A stretch of 44,265 nucleotides of DNA, taken from the IMG/VR virus record IMGVR_UViG_2877973648_000002, positions 1-44,265 of that record, one strand, 5' to 3'. Origin of the DNA: a virus. Its lineage: Duplodnaviria > Heunggongvirae > Uroviricota > Caudoviricetes. Below the pieces are notes generated by a model that was not told where the DNA came from, made no database searches, and saw only the letters and a program-made list of their open reading frames with translations. How positions within the stretch are numbered: the first letter of the stretch is position 1; the number at the start of each line of letters is the position of its first letter. The translations under genes and the position numbers were made by a program. Of the stretch, positions 8,935 to 18,364 are shown in pieces.

Positions 8935-10422
8935 GTGGACATTAGAGACTGGCTACCAGAATTTCAAGTTTCAGCAGAAACAGATCGGGACTTACAGACC
9001 TATTTTTTTAAGCTACCGGCGATAAAGGATATTATTGAAAGTAGGGCTTGGTTGGTTCTTGGAAGAAAAGGTACTGGTAAAACAGCCATTTATGAACACC
9101 TTAGAAGAGGAAAACCAGCCAATCTCAACGGGTTTTACTCAGTATGTCTAAATTTTAGTGACTATCCATGGCCAGCCCATCAACTTTACAAGGATGCAAT
9201 GGCTGGAGAACTTTCCGCTTATCAAAAAAGTTGGATGTATCTTTTTTATATTAAGGCATTATCTAAACTTATTGAAATAAAAAATGATGCTGGAGAGACT
9301 TTAAACAAAGATCTAACGTGGGCACATAATTATATCAAAACTATCTTTGGTAGTCCCGACCCAACTCTTAGGGAGGTTTTGTTTTCAAAAATAACCAGAT
9401 TAAAAACCATAAAAGGGCCCAGTGCTGGTCTTAATGAAGTATCATTGGACGCAGGTGAAATTTCGTTAGAGGAAGTTGCTGAGAATGCTCAGCTAAAGCA
9501 AAAGCTAAGAGCTAATGCTTTCACATTGCTTACGTATTTTGAAAAAATTTTTAAAGATAACATTGGTAATGAAAAAATAATTATCGCCCTTGACCAATTA
9601 GACGAAAACTGGCTAGAGGGGCAAATTGAAGAATATAGTAAGGTTTTAATAAATCTGCTAAATGTCTGTAGAAACATAGCATCTGATGAACGCCTCAATG
9701 ATAAATTAAAAGTCATTCCCTTCCTACGAACGGATATTTATCATTCTTTGAAATTCAATGATAAAAACAAATTATTGCAAGATAGTGCTATCATAATCTC
9801 ATGGAATGAAAATAATCTAAACGATATGTATTATGAGAGGATAAAGAAATACAAACCTAATGATCTCATATTAGATGACGAAAAGGACAGATCTGGGAAA
9901 GTATTTGAGGTTTCATTCGTTAGGCAGGGGACTCCTCCATTTAAATATATATGTCGCCGTTCTTTCTTTAGGCCTAGGGATATTATTGTCTACTTCAACA
10001 AAATTAGGGCATGTCATAAAAATAATGTCTCAGGTCTTTACACTTCCAATGAGCTTTATGAAGCTGACCGTGAAGCATCTATAAGTGTGTACAATGAGGT
10101 GATTGATGAATGGTCCAACCAATTCCCTGAAATTGAGAACTTACTAACTGTTCTTCAAACTATCCAAGTAGAAACATTCGATTTTAATGATTTTTCCGAG
10201 AAGTGCCGTAATGAATTTGCAGGTATTTCTGATGGGGTGATACGTCAATATATCAACTTCCTGTTTGATAACTCACTTATCGGACAAAAAAAACAAGGTA
10301 GATGGGAATACGTAAGTAGTTTGCCTAACTTAAAAATTAATCTACAAAATGAGTTTAGGACACATCATGCTTTAAAATACAGGTTGCATTTAATAGAAAG
10401 CAGACCGAGCCAAAATATTTAG
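8935..10422 (+). CDS. P-loop NTPase of unknown function (candidate anti-phage defence or abortive-infection gene)
   Basis: 495-aa ORF, GTG start after GAGGA; Walker A LVLGRKGTGKTA near residue 40; Walker B-like IIALDQLDE near residue 215; ~270-aa C-terminal region without recognisable motif; gene and flanks visibly A+T-rich relative to neighbours. Confidence 0.7.
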   Translation: MDIRDWLPEFQVSAETDRDLQTYFFKLPAIKDIIESRAWLVLGRKGTGKTAIYEHLRRGKPANLNGFYSVCLNFSDYPWPAHQLYKDAMAGELSAYQKSWMYLFYIKALSKLIEIKNDAGETLNKDLTWAHNYIKTIFGSPDPTLREVLFSKITRLKTIKGPSAGLNEVSLDAGEISLEEVAENAQLKQKLRANAFTLLTYFEKIFKDNIGNEKIIIALDQLDENWLEGQIEEYSKVLINLLNVCRNIASDERLNDKLKVIPFLRTDIYHSLKFNDKNKLLQDSAIIISWNENNLNDMYYERIKKYKPNDLILDDEKDRSGKVFEVSFVRQGTPPFKYICRRSFFRPRDIIVYFNKIRACHKNNVSGLYTSNELYEADREASISVYNEVIDEWSNQFPEIENLLTVLQTIQVETFDFNDFSEKCRNEFAGISDGVIRQYINFLFDNSLIGQKKQGRWEYVSSLPNLKINLQNEFRTHHALKYRLHLIESRPSQNI

Positions 10423-10499
10423 CTTACATCCATCTCCATTAAGAAATCTTGCTATTGTTCTTATGGATCGTCTTTCTGACTGATTTCATATTGGCGAGG

Positions 10500-10694
10500 T
10501 AACGGTAGTTAAGTAGAATGGCTGCGGGTGCTTGAGGCTATCTGCCTCGGGCATGAACACCAAGGGCAGATAGAGAAAAGCCCCAGTTAACATTACGCGT
10601 CCTGCAAGACGCTTAACATTAATCTGAGGCCAATTTCATGCTAGACACATGTAGGTTAGCCTCTTACGTGCCGAAAGGCAAGGAGAAGCAGGCT
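10500..10694. promoter_or_regulatory. hok/sok-type leader region (hok mRNA 5' UTR, mok overlap, antisense Sok target)
   Basis: Segments GCTTGAGGCTATCTGCCTC and TAGCCTCTTAC match recalled conserved elements of hok mRNA leaders; lies directly upstream of the hok start. Confidence 0.45.
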
Positions 10695-10781
10695 ATGAAG
10701 CAGCAAAAGGCGATGTTAATCGCCCTGATCGTCATCTGTTTAACCGTCATAGTGACGGCACTGGTAACGAGGAAAGACTGA
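10695..10781 (+). pseudogene. hokD: Hok-family type I toxin gene (HokD/RelF-like), truncated after codon 28 by IS3
   Basis: Translation MKQQKAMLIALIVICLTVIVTALVTRKD then TGA supplied by the first bases of IS3; matches recalled HokD/RelF N-terminus. Confidence 0.6.
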
Positions 10782-10808
10782 TCCTACCCACGTAATATGG
10801 ACACAGGC

Positions 10809-11675
10809 CTAAGCGAGGTTCTGGTTTTCAAATTGTTCCGGACTGAGGCCGCCACACCAACTGTGCCGCCGCCACCGATTGTAATCACATTCGATATAAT
10901 TAAATACCGTTGCCCGCATTATTTCCCGGCTGATAAAGTGTTCTCCATGGATACATTCCACTTTCAGCGAATGAAAGAAGCTTTCCACGCAGGCATTATC
11001 GTAGCAGCAACCTTTTGCGCTCATACTTCCACGCAGATTATGCCGCTTCAGTTGCGCCTGATAATCTGCTGAACAGTACTGGCCTCCACGGTCCGTGTGA
11101 ACGATAACGTTCCGGGGCCTCTTACGCCGCCACAGCGCCATCTGCAGGGCATCGCAGGCCAGTTGCGCCGTCATGCGTGGCGACATTGACCAGCCAATAA
11201 CGGCACGTGACCACAGGTCAATGACCACTGCCAGATACAGCCAGCCTTCATCTGTACGTAAGTACGTGATGTCTCCTGCCCACTTCTGGTTCGGGCCACT
11301 GGCGTAAAAATCCTGCTCCAACAGATTTTCTGACACAGGCAGGCCGTGTGCGCGGTAGCTGACCGGGCTGAACTTCCGGGAGGCCTTTGCCCTCAGTCCC
11401 TGACGGCGCAGGCTTGCCGCCACGGTTTTTACGTTAAAGGGGTAACCCTGAGCACGCAGTTCATCCGTCAGGCGTGGGGCACCGTAACGCTGTTTTGACC
11501 GGGTAAAAGCCGCGAGGACAACGCTGTCGCAGTGTTGGCGGAACTGCTGACGCGTGCTTATCCTTGTCCGCCGCTGACACCACGTATACCAGCCGCTGCG
11601 GGCCACCCGGAGCACGCGGCACATTGCTTTGATGCTGAACTCAGCCTGATGTTTTTCAATAAAGACATACTTCAT
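10809..11675 (-). CDS. insF: IS3 transposase OrfB (DDE integrase domain)
   Basis: 288-aa ORF matching recalled IS3 InsF ([32 protein letters not shown]...). Confidence 0.95.
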   Translation of the reverse strand: MKYVFIEKHQAEFSIKAMCRVLRVARSGWYTWCQRRTRISTRQQFRQHCDSVVLAAFTRSKQRYGAPRLTDELRAQGYPFNVKTVAASLRRQGLRAKASRKFSPVSYRAHGLPVSENLLEQDFYASGPNQKWAGDITYLRTDEGWLYLAVVIDLWSRAVIGWSMSPRMTAQLACDALQMALWRRKRPRNVIVHTDRGGQYCSADYQAQLKRHNLRGSMSAKGCCYDNACVESFFHSLKVECIHGEHFISREIMRATVFNYIECDYNRWRRHSWCGGLSPEQFENQNLA

Positions 11676-11971
11676 TTCAGGCGCTTCGCGAAGTATGTCG
11701 CGGCCTTTTGGAGGATAGCCAGCTCTTCATCCCGTTCTGCCAGCTGGCGTTTGAGACGTGCAATCTCGGTAGACATCTCCAGTTCACGTTCAGAAGACGT
11801 CTGCTGATTTTGCTGTTTACTGCGCCAGTTGTAGAGCTGTGATTCATACAGGCTGAGTTCACGGGCTGCGGCAGTAACACCGATGCGTTCAGCAAGCTTC
11901 AGGGCTTCACTGCGAAATTCAGGCGAATGCTGTTTACGGGGTTTTTTACTGGTTGATACTGTTTTTGTCAT
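11672..11971 (-). CDS. insE: IS3 transposase OrfA (HTH)
   Basis: [35 protein letters not shown]...; overlaps insF in ATGA fashion, consistent with the IS3 frameshift arrangement. Confidence 0.95.
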   Translation of the reverse strand: MTKTVSTSKKPRKQHSPEFRSEALKLAERIGVTAAARELSLYESQLYNWRSKQQNQQTSSERELEMSTEIARLKRQLAERDEELAILQKAATYFAKRLK

Positions 11972-12036
11972 GTGAGTCACCTCTGACTGAGAGTTTACTC
12001 ACTTAGCCGCGTGTCCACTATTGCTGGGTAAGATCA

Positions 12037-12273
12037 CCTGCAATGACCCCGCTGATGCTGGACACATCCACCCGTAAGCTGGTTGCGTGGGATGGCACCA
12101 CCGACGGTGCTGCCGTTGGCATTCTTGCGGTTGCTGCTGACCAGACCAGCACCACACTGACGTTCTACAAGTCCGGCACGTTCCGTTATGAGGATGTGCT
12201 CTGGCCGGAGGCTGCCAGCGACGAGACGAAAAAACGGACCGCGTTTGCCGGAACGGCAATCAGCATCGTTTAA
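12037..12273 (+). pseudogene. D: Head decoration protein D, 3' fragment beginning at the IS3 junction
   Basis: Translation from the IS3 boundary [78 protein letters not shown] matches recalled C-terminus of lambda gpD. Confidence 0.85.
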
Positions 12274-12291
12274 CTTTACCCTTCATCACTA

Positions 12292-12317
12292 AAGGCCGCC
12301 TGTGCGGCTTTTTTTAC
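12292..12317 (+). terminator. Hairpin plus T-tract between D and E
   Basis: AGGCCGCctgtGCGGCT followed by TTTTTTT. Confidence 0.5.
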
Positions 12318-12328
12318 GGGATTTTTTT

Positions 12329-12604
12329 ATGTCGATGTACACAACCGCCCAGCTGCTGGCGGCAAATGAGCAGAAATTTAAGTTTGATCCGCTGTTTCTG
12401 CGTCTCTTTTTCCGTGAGAGCTATCCCTTCACTACGGAGAAAGTCTATCTCTCACAAATTCCGGGACTGGTAAACATGGCGCTGTACGTTTCGCCGATTG
12501 TTTCCGGTGAGGTTATCCGTTCCCGTGGCGGCTCCACCTCTGAATTTACGCCGGGATATGTCAAACCCAAGCACTTAGCATGGCTTTCTGAGGCTTTCGT
12601 GTAG
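12329..12604 (+). pseudogene. E: Major capsid protein E, 5' fragment interrupted by island insertion
   Basis: MSMYTTAQLLAANEQKFKFDPLFLRLFFRESYPF...GYVKPKH matches recalled lambda gpE N-terminus, then 9 unrelated codons (LAWLSEAFV) and stop. Confidence 0.85.
12564..12573. repeat. attL core (AACCCAAGCA) of the island, within E codons K-P-K-H
   Basis: Identical 10-mer at 23488-23497 at the other junction. Confidence 0.7.
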
Positions 12605-12736
12605 TTGCTGGTTTTTACACTTAATCTTTTGATAATAAAGAATAAGTTTATCTGGCGCTTTCACTGGATTTTCCTCGTTATCTGTGTGTTGCAATCATCT
12701 CTGTATTGCAGCTTGTATTGCTTTTTGGGGCTAAAA

Positions 12737-13972
12737 ATGGCTGGCGAGAACAAACTGAGCGACAAAGCACTTAAAGGATATCTGGGGAAACCCAGAGAAA
12801 AGCAGATCACCATTGCTGATGGAAAGGGGCTTTCTATTCGTGTGAGTACCAAGGGGGCTGTGAGCTTTGTTTTCTTCTACAGGTTAGCAGGTGGCCGGGC
12901 TGCTCCGGTCTGGCTAACGTTGGGTAAATATCCTGATATGTCACTCAAACAGGCAAGGGAAAAGCGCGACGAGTGCCGTGGTTGGTTGGCTGACAAACGT
13001 GATCCGCGTATCCAGATTAAGATTCAGGCTGAAGAACGCTTAAAGCCGGTCACAGTGGAGGATGCACTAAATTACTGGTATGAAAATTACTGTAAGGTGC
13101 GTCGTAAAACTCATGCTGTAACGCTTGGCAGATTTCGAAAGCATATCTTTCCCTATATCGGTCATTTGCCCGTAAATGACACTCACCTATATGAATGGCT
13201 GGACTGTTTTGACCGAATTAAACGTAATGCACCAGTTATGGCGGCGTATGTTTTTTCTGACACTAAATTAGCTCTTCGTTTTTGTCGGGTACGCCAGTAC
13301 GCGACGTGTGATGCTTTAAAGGATTTGCGCATGAGTGATGTGGGGCAGATTGCAGGTAAGCGGGATCGGGTTCTGGATGAAGCCGAACTGGGCCAGCTCT
13401 GGAAGGCAATTTTTGTCGAGCCTGATTTAAAACTAATGTCTGAATACACGCGAAAAATGTTTGTGCTTTGTACAGTATTTGGATGTCGAATGAGTGAAGC
13501 CCGATTATCTGAATGGAGCGAATGGGATCTCGAAAGTTGGGTTTGGACTGTACCAAAAGATCACTCAAAAACTGGTGTTGAAATCGTCAGACCAGTACCT
13601 GAAATTCTACGACAGTGGGTAACGGATGTTCACGAAGAGACAAAACATACTGGTTATGTGCTGGGAAGTCTGCGAATTAGAGAAAGCGTAAGCAAGATTG
13701 GGGGGAAAATCGGTAAACGTTTGGGCCATGAAAAACAATGGTCACTACACGACCTTAGAAGAACGCTATCTACTCATCTAAGTGATCTCGGTGTTGAATT
13801 TTATGTAGTAGAACAACTGTTAGGCCATGCGCTACCTGGCGTGGCAGGTGTTTACAACCGGAGTAAGTTTATGGCTAAAAAACTGGATGCTCTGGAACTC
13901 TGGACTACATATCTCAATAGCATCGCAGGTGCTGATTCAAAAGTGACAATCCTCAAACAAAAGGCTGGTTAA
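12737..13972 (+). CDS. int: P4-type tyrosine integrase of the island
   Basis: 411 aa from the ATG at 12737; catalytic-region motifs (HDLRRT, LGH, Y in GVYNRS); adjacent to attL; the upstream 44 codons of the ORF look non-coding. Confidence 0.85.
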   Translation: MAGENKLSDKALKGYLGKPREKQITIADGKGLSIRVSTKGAVSFVFFYRLAGGRAAPVWLTLGKYPDMSLKQAREKRDECRGWLADKRDPRIQIKIQAEERLKPVTVEDALNYWYENYCKVRRKTHAVTLGRFRKHIFPYIGHLPVNDTHLYEWLDCFDRIKRNAPVMAAYVFSDTKLALRFCRVRQYATCDALKDLRMSDVGQIAGKRDRVLDEAELGQLWKAIFVEPDLKLMSEYTRKMFVLCTVFGCRMSEARLSEWSEWDLESWVWTVPKDHSKTGVEIVRPVPEILRQWVTDVHEETKHTGYVLGSLRIRESVSKIGGKIGKRLGHEKQWSLHDLRRTLSTHLSDLGVEFYVVEQLLGHALPGVAGVYNRSKFMAKKLDALELWTTYLNSIAGADSKVTILKQKAG

Positions 13973-13973
13973 C

Positions 13974-14201
13974 ATGAAAAAAATGGCAATTGTTGATAAA
14001 AAGGGTCTGGAGTACATTCCTAACATCGATCGTATGATCCGTGAGAAAGAATGTCGGGAGCTAACCACTCTTGCAAACAGCACACGCTGGAAGCTGGAGA
14101 AGGAAGGAAAATTTCCTAAGCGGATCAAGATTGGTTCCACTGCTGTTGCATATCGTCTTTCAGAAGTGCAGGCATGGATTCGAGGTGAGTGGGTAGTTTA
14201 A
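13974..14201 (+). CDS. alpA: AlpA-family transcriptional regulator / excisionase-like protein
   Basis: 75-aa ORF starting 1 nt after the int stop; small HTH-like protein in the position AlpA/Vis occupies in P4-like and PICI elements. Confidence 0.65.
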   Translation: MKKMAIVDKKGLEYIPNIDRMIREKECRELTTLANSTRWKLEKEGKFPKRIKIGSTAVAYRLSEVQAWIRGEWVV

Positions 14202-14270
14202 ATTATCTCAGAATAAAATATTATGAATTACTGATTTGAGAATTTGTACTCAAATCAGTAATAACATTCT

Positions 14271-14807
14271 TTATAAGAGATTAAATCCAAATAAAGAGTA
14301 ATCATATACAGGGGTGCATTGCATCCCACTGAATATGCTGATGTTTTTTTCTGTTTCTATCCTTTTTTCAATAAGTTGTTGTATATTTTTACAGTACAAT
14401 TTGTGTGTGATGTTATTATCGTAAGCCTGATATAGCAACGTCAATGTTGACGCTAGGAAACATACAGATAAAATTAAAATAATATATGCAGTTTTTTTAT
14501 TTTTTGTCCATGATCTATTTGTTTGTGAAATATAAAGAATTCTGAGGTGGATAATGGTGAGAGACAATAGCAGGCCACTCAATAAAATAAGTATTGGGTT
14601 TGCGTATTTTATTAATGGTTGAGAGAAAAAAACTATTATAGCTCCTGTGACTGCGTATGAGAAAAAGGAGTGATTAAACTTCTTACTCCTTCTCTCAAGT
14701 ATTTTAATTTCATCTTGTGTGGGGGTTTTAGATGCCTCTAATATAAGTTTATTGAATGTTTCTGTTATCTTGTTTTTTGTGTTTGTGGCTATTTTTTTTA
14801 GATTCAT
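14271..14807 (-). CDS. Hypothetical integral membrane protein (A+T-rich cargo gene)
   Basis: 178-aa ORF with about three hydrophobic helices; strongly A+T-rich; convergent to int-alpA. Confidence 0.5.
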   Translation of the reverse strand: MNLKKIATNTKNKITETFNKLILEASKTPTQDEIKILERRSKKFNHSFFSYAVTGAIIVFFSQPLIKYANPILILLSGLLLSLTIIHLRILYISQTNRSWTKNKKTAYIILILSVCFLASTLTLLYQAYDNNITHKLYCKNIQQLIEKRIETEKNISIFSGMQCTPVYDYSLFGFNLL

Positions 14808-15157
14808 AGCATTCTAACTCCCTTAACTTATTTATTACTTTCTCTTTATGATAAGAGAGGGGAATGACTTGGTAAAGTGATTTGTCATTAATAATGATAA
14901 TCCTTGCGATAAATATTTCTGCAAGTTATTTATCTGTTTGTTGCTATCTTGTTAAGCGTTGGGTGTGGTTTATGTTTGGAGCGACTTTATTTAATCGTGA
15001 TTTTATGGATTTATATTTATATCCTGTAAGATAAGCGCATGTTAGTTCAGGAGTAGTGTCAGATAAAATTATTCGGAGTAGAACTACCTTTTCTGTTTAT
15101 TGCCAGTATTTACATAGCAATGCGCCGTAGTTACTCACATCACGGCGCTGATACTAA

Positions 15158-15460
15158 TTATTCAGATTCTTTGGCTTTACGCCGCTGGAGTTCTTCACGA
15201 GCGACGGCTACGAGTTGCCCGATTTCCTCCGCTGCCTTGATGCCGATTTGTTCGACCTTAGCTAAGGCATCCAGTGAAGACACGAGGGGATTTTCTCCGC
15301 TTCCTTCTGCCTGGCGGCGGGCGATCTCACCGCGCATGGCGGTTACTATGAATCCGGCGTTGCTTTCGCCGTCCAGTTTTACGGATTCCATGCCCTCCAT
15401 AACATCGTGGGGAACCCTGATCGTTGTCATTTGCGATTTTGCATTTTTGTATACAGACAT
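15158..15460 (-). CDS. Ribbon-helix-helix-type transcriptional regulator (probable island repressor)
   Basis: 100-aa ORF; segment MTTIRVPHDVMEGMESVKL consistent with an RHH beta-strand/helix; divergent from an operator-rich promoter region. Confidence 0.5.
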   Translation of the reverse strand: MSVYKNAKSQMTTIRVPHDVMEGMESVKLDGESNAGFIVTAMRGEIARRQAEGSGENPLVSSLDALAKVEQIGIKAAEEIGQLVAVAREELQRRKAKESE

Positions 15461-15480
15461 AGTTAATCACCAATTTGTTA

Positions 15481-15582
15481 TGTGTATATCACTATACACA
15501 AAAGTGAGATATAAAAACACTTGCAATGTATATCACCACAATATAATGTATATCTCACATTATGGTCGCTATGTATCTCACA
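15481..15582. promoter_or_regulatory. Operator array and promoter of the island
   Basis: Palindrome TGTGTATATCACTATACACA (15481-15500); repeated ATGTATATC/ATGTATCTC boxes; TTGCAA (15521-15526) and TATAAT (15542-15547). Confidence 0.5.
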
Positions 15583-15668
15583 ATGATCGATTCATAAAAA
15601 CGACGAAACCCGGCAGTGCGCGAACACTAACCGGGCTTCTAACCAAACCGTTAAACGAGGTAACGACT

Positions 15669-16034
15669 ATGGCTGGAACACAGCATACCCAAACTCACCC
15701 TAAATTTATATACATCTTTCTGGCGCTACATCGCGATCGCATAGCAGATGGAGCAACTACGGTACATGTAGCCGCTGACACGCTGGTTGATGCCCGCAAG
15801 ATGGTTAAGGAGATGGGCTATACTGCGGCTTTCTGGAAAGGGCGGGAAGAAAACACGCTGTTTATTCAGAAATGTGAAAACAATTTCATCTGGCGTTTTA
15901 TCGCCCTGAGTACGGCACAACCGCGCGTGATTACCATCGAGGCCACCAGCGAACAGGAAGCCCGCCAGCAATCCCCAACTGGCTGCGTGATGATATTCGC
16001 CGCCCGTATTCGTCAGGAGGTGTGCCATGAATGA
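15669..16034 (+). CDS. Hypothetical protein (first gene of island rightward operon)
   Basis: 121 aa from the ATG at 15669 with GAGG RBS; the annotated 304-aa ORF is over-extended across the operator region. Confidence 0.5.
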   Translation: MAGTQHTQTHPKFIYIFLALHRDRIADGATTVHVAADTLVDARKMVKEMGYTAAFWKGREENTLFIQKCENNFIWRFIALSTAQPRVITIEATSEQEARQQSPTGCVMIFAARIRQEVCHE

Positions 16035-16251
16035 TCTTTATTTTAAAGTGCTGACACATGCTGAAAACGCGCTCGTTTGTGGCAAAAATATGCGAGAAAT
16101 CTTATCAACCTGGCTTGATGGGACAACAAATGCGGAACACGATGAACGGGATGCTAATTTAGCTGGAGCGTTAATTACGTTACTTGATCCTGTCATCAAA
16201 GAGCTGGATGAAGCTATAAAAATACACGACCAGAGCTATACCGGAGAATAA
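16027..16251 (+). CDS. Hypothetical protein
   Basis: 74-aa ORF overlapping the previous stop; acidic. Confidence 0.45.
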   Translation: MNDLYFKVLTHAENALVCGKNMREILSTWLDGTTNAEHDERDANLAGALITLLDPVIKELDEAIKIHDQSYTGE

Positions 16252-16253
16252 AA

Positions 16254-16541
16254 ATGAAAAATAAATTTTCTGGCTTTATTGCCAGCGGTCAAACTCATTC
16301 AAAAATCAGCCTTGGGGATATTTTCAAAGATAGCTATGGCTATCGAGTAAAGATTATTTCGGTTGATGATCGCCGTGTCTCTTATTTGCGTGATGGTTAT
16401 GATTTTGAATGTGTTATGCCGCGTCAGCAGTTCGAAAGAGATTTCATTCTGGTAAAAAATTGCAAGACAGATAATCAGAGGCGTGCCGCAGGCTATATCC
16501 GCAAAATTCGGGCAATGTTAGTTGCCGGAGGTAACAAATGA
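16254..16541 (+). CDS. Hypothetical protein
   Basis: 95-aa ORF tightly packed between neighbours. Confidence 0.45.
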   Translation: MKNKFSGFIASGQTHSKISLGDIFKDSYGYRVKIISVDDRRVSYLRDGYDFECVMPRQQFERDFILVKNCKTDNQRRAAGYIRKIRAMLVAGGNK

Positions 16542-18358
16542 AACGTGCTCCGAACTTAAAATACCAACCGCGCGACAAAATGACAGAAGTCATCATTTTT
16601 GCTGGCAGTGATGCCTGGAGCCATGCAAAAGAATGGAATGAATGGGCGGGTAAGCATATTGCAGCAGATGATACACCACCAGTAATTCTGGGTACGGAAC
16701 AACTGGAAAACCTGGATGATATGCAAATTATCGATGAAGGCCGTCATTATGTGCGTGTTTATCGTGCCGGAAAGATCGCAGAGAAAAATCTGACGAAGGT
16801 TGCGACATTACTTGCTATTGCAGGCGTAAAGGAAGCACGTTGTTACCGTAGCTTTGTTGATCGAGAGCCTGAAGACTGGACTCCGCGCCTTGTCGGCCTA
16901 AAAGCTGAAGCGGAGCATGGGGAAAGTCTGGTGATTGAACTGCCAGTGAAGAAGGCAGAGCGCAAAAATGACGAGCGTGCTTCATCTTTGGCGTTGAATC
17001 AGATGGGGGCCAGCCAGCGCGGTGAAGTTCTCCTGGCACATTACGGCGGCGAACTGGCAATCAATGCCGACTCTGACACCGTTCATCATTACAACGGCGT
17101 TGTATGGGAGCCGGTTCAGGATAAAGAGTTACAGCGTGCTATGGCGCAGATTTTCATTGATGCGGAGATCAGCTATTCGCAGAACGCCATTAAATCGGCG
17201 GTAGATACCATGAAGTTAAGTTTGCCTGTAATGGGGAATACAGCCCGTAACCTGATTGGATTCAGTAACGGGGTATTTGATACCAGAACAGGTAATTTTC
17301 GGGAGCATAACAAAAACGACTGGTTGTTAATTGCCAGTGAATTACCTTTCAGCCCACCAGCAGAGGGGGAAACGCTGGCAACACATGCGCCGAATTTCTG
17401 GAAGTGGTTGCGCCGTTCGGTGGCTGAGAATGACCGCAAGGCAGATCGCGTACTGGCGGCATTATTCATGGTGCTGGCGAACCGGTACGACTGGCAGTTA
17501 TTCATTGAGGTAACAGGGCCGGGGGGAAGTGGTAAAAGCGTGATGGCGGAGATTTGCACCATGCTGGCGGGTAAGGCTAATACAGTATCAGCAAGCATGA
17601 AGGCGCTGGAAGATGCAAGGGAACGTGCGTTAGTGGTTGGCTTTTCGCTGATTATCATGCCGGATATGACCCGCTACGCTGGTGATGGGGCAGGGATTAA
17701 GGCCATTACAGGCGGTGACAAGGTGGCAATTGACCCGAAACACAAAGCCCCCTATTCAACGCGTATTCCGGCAGTAGTGCTGGCGGTTAACAATAACGCC
17801 ATGTCATTCAGTGACCGCAGCGGGGGGATCTCACGTCGTCGGGTGATATTCAATTTTTCGGAAGTTGTACCGGAGAACGAACGCGATTCGATGCTGGCGG
17901 AAAAAATAGAAGGTGAGCTGGCGGTAGTGATTCGTCATCTGCTTACACGGTTTGCTGATCAGGACGAAGCCAGACGCCTGTTATATGAGCAGCAGAAATC
18001 TGAAGAAGCACTGGCGATAAAGCGAGAGGGGGATTCGCTGGTGGACTTCTGCGGCTATCTCATGGCATCGGTAATGTGTGATGGCCTGTTAGTGGGTAAT
18101 GCTGAAATTGTGCCATTCAGCCCACGCAGGTATCTCTATCATGCCTATCTGGCTTATATGAGGGCACATGGGTTTGGTAAACCTGTAACACTGACGCGCT
18201 TCGGTAAAGATATGCCGGGGGCAATGGCGGAATATGGCAGGGAGTATATGAAACGGAAAACGAAGCACGGTTTGCGTTCAAACGTGACACTGACGGAGGA
18301 ATCAGAAGACTGGATGCCATCATGTGTATCGGTCACTAATGACGATAGCAAAAATTAA
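16538..18358 (+). CDS. Primase/helicase-type replication protein (D5/P4-alpha-like SF3 NTPase)
   Basis: 606-aa ORF; Walker A VTGPGGSGKS; Walker B-like LIIMPDMT; overall resemblance to phage/plasmid primase C-terminal helicase domains; followed by iterons. Confidence 0.75.
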   Translation: MKRAPNLKYQPRDKMTEVIIFAGSDAWSHAKEWNEWAGKHIAADDTPPVILGTEQLENLDDMQIIDEGRHYVRVYRAGKIAEKNLTKVATLLAIAGVKEARCYRSFVDREPEDWTPRLVGLKAEAEHGESLVIELPVKKAERKNDERASSLALNQMGASQRGEVLLAHYGGELAINADSDTVHHYNGVVWEPVQDKELQRAMAQIFIDAEISYSQNAIKSAVDTMKLSLPVMGNTARNLIGFSNGVFDTRTGNFREHNKNDWLLIASELPFSPPAEGETLATHAPNFWKWLRRSVAENDRKADRVLAALFMVLANRYDWQLFIEVTGPGGSGKSVMAEICTMLAGKANTVSASMKALEDARERALVVGFSLIIMPDMTRYAGDGAGIKAITGGDKVAIDPKHKAPYSTRIPAVVLAVNNNAMSFSDRSGGISRRRVIFNFSEVVPENERDSMLAEKIEGELAVVIRHLLTRFADQDEARRLLYEQQKSEEALAIKREGDSLVDFCGYLMASVMCDGLLVGNAEIVPFSPRRYLYHAYLAYMRAHGFGKPVTLTRFGKDMPGAMAEYGREYMKRKTKHGLRSNVTLTEESEDWMPSCVSVTNDDSKN

Positions 18359-18364
18359 ACTTAT

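Larger units (their letters stand above)
10779..12036 (-). mobile_element. IS3 insertion sequence, complete
   Basis: Terminal inverted repeats TGATCCTACCCACGTAATATGGACAC... and ...GTGTCCACTATTGCTGGGTAAGATCA; encodes InsE and InsF; 1258 bp; flanking triplets GAC and CCT do not match. Confidence 0.95.

Noticed and set aside
10797-11072. 91-aa plus-strand ORF
   Set aside because: Lies inside IS3 antisense to insF.
12605-12736. Extra 44 N-terminal codons on the island integrase ORF
   Set aside because: Hydrophobic, low-complexity translation of the A+T-rich att-proximal region; a proper start with conserved integrase N-terminus is at 12737.
15120-16034. 304-aa plus-strand ORF spanning the island regulator and operator region
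   Set aside because: Over-extended: runs antisense through the RHH regulator gene and the operator array; the credible CDS begins at the ATG at 15669.
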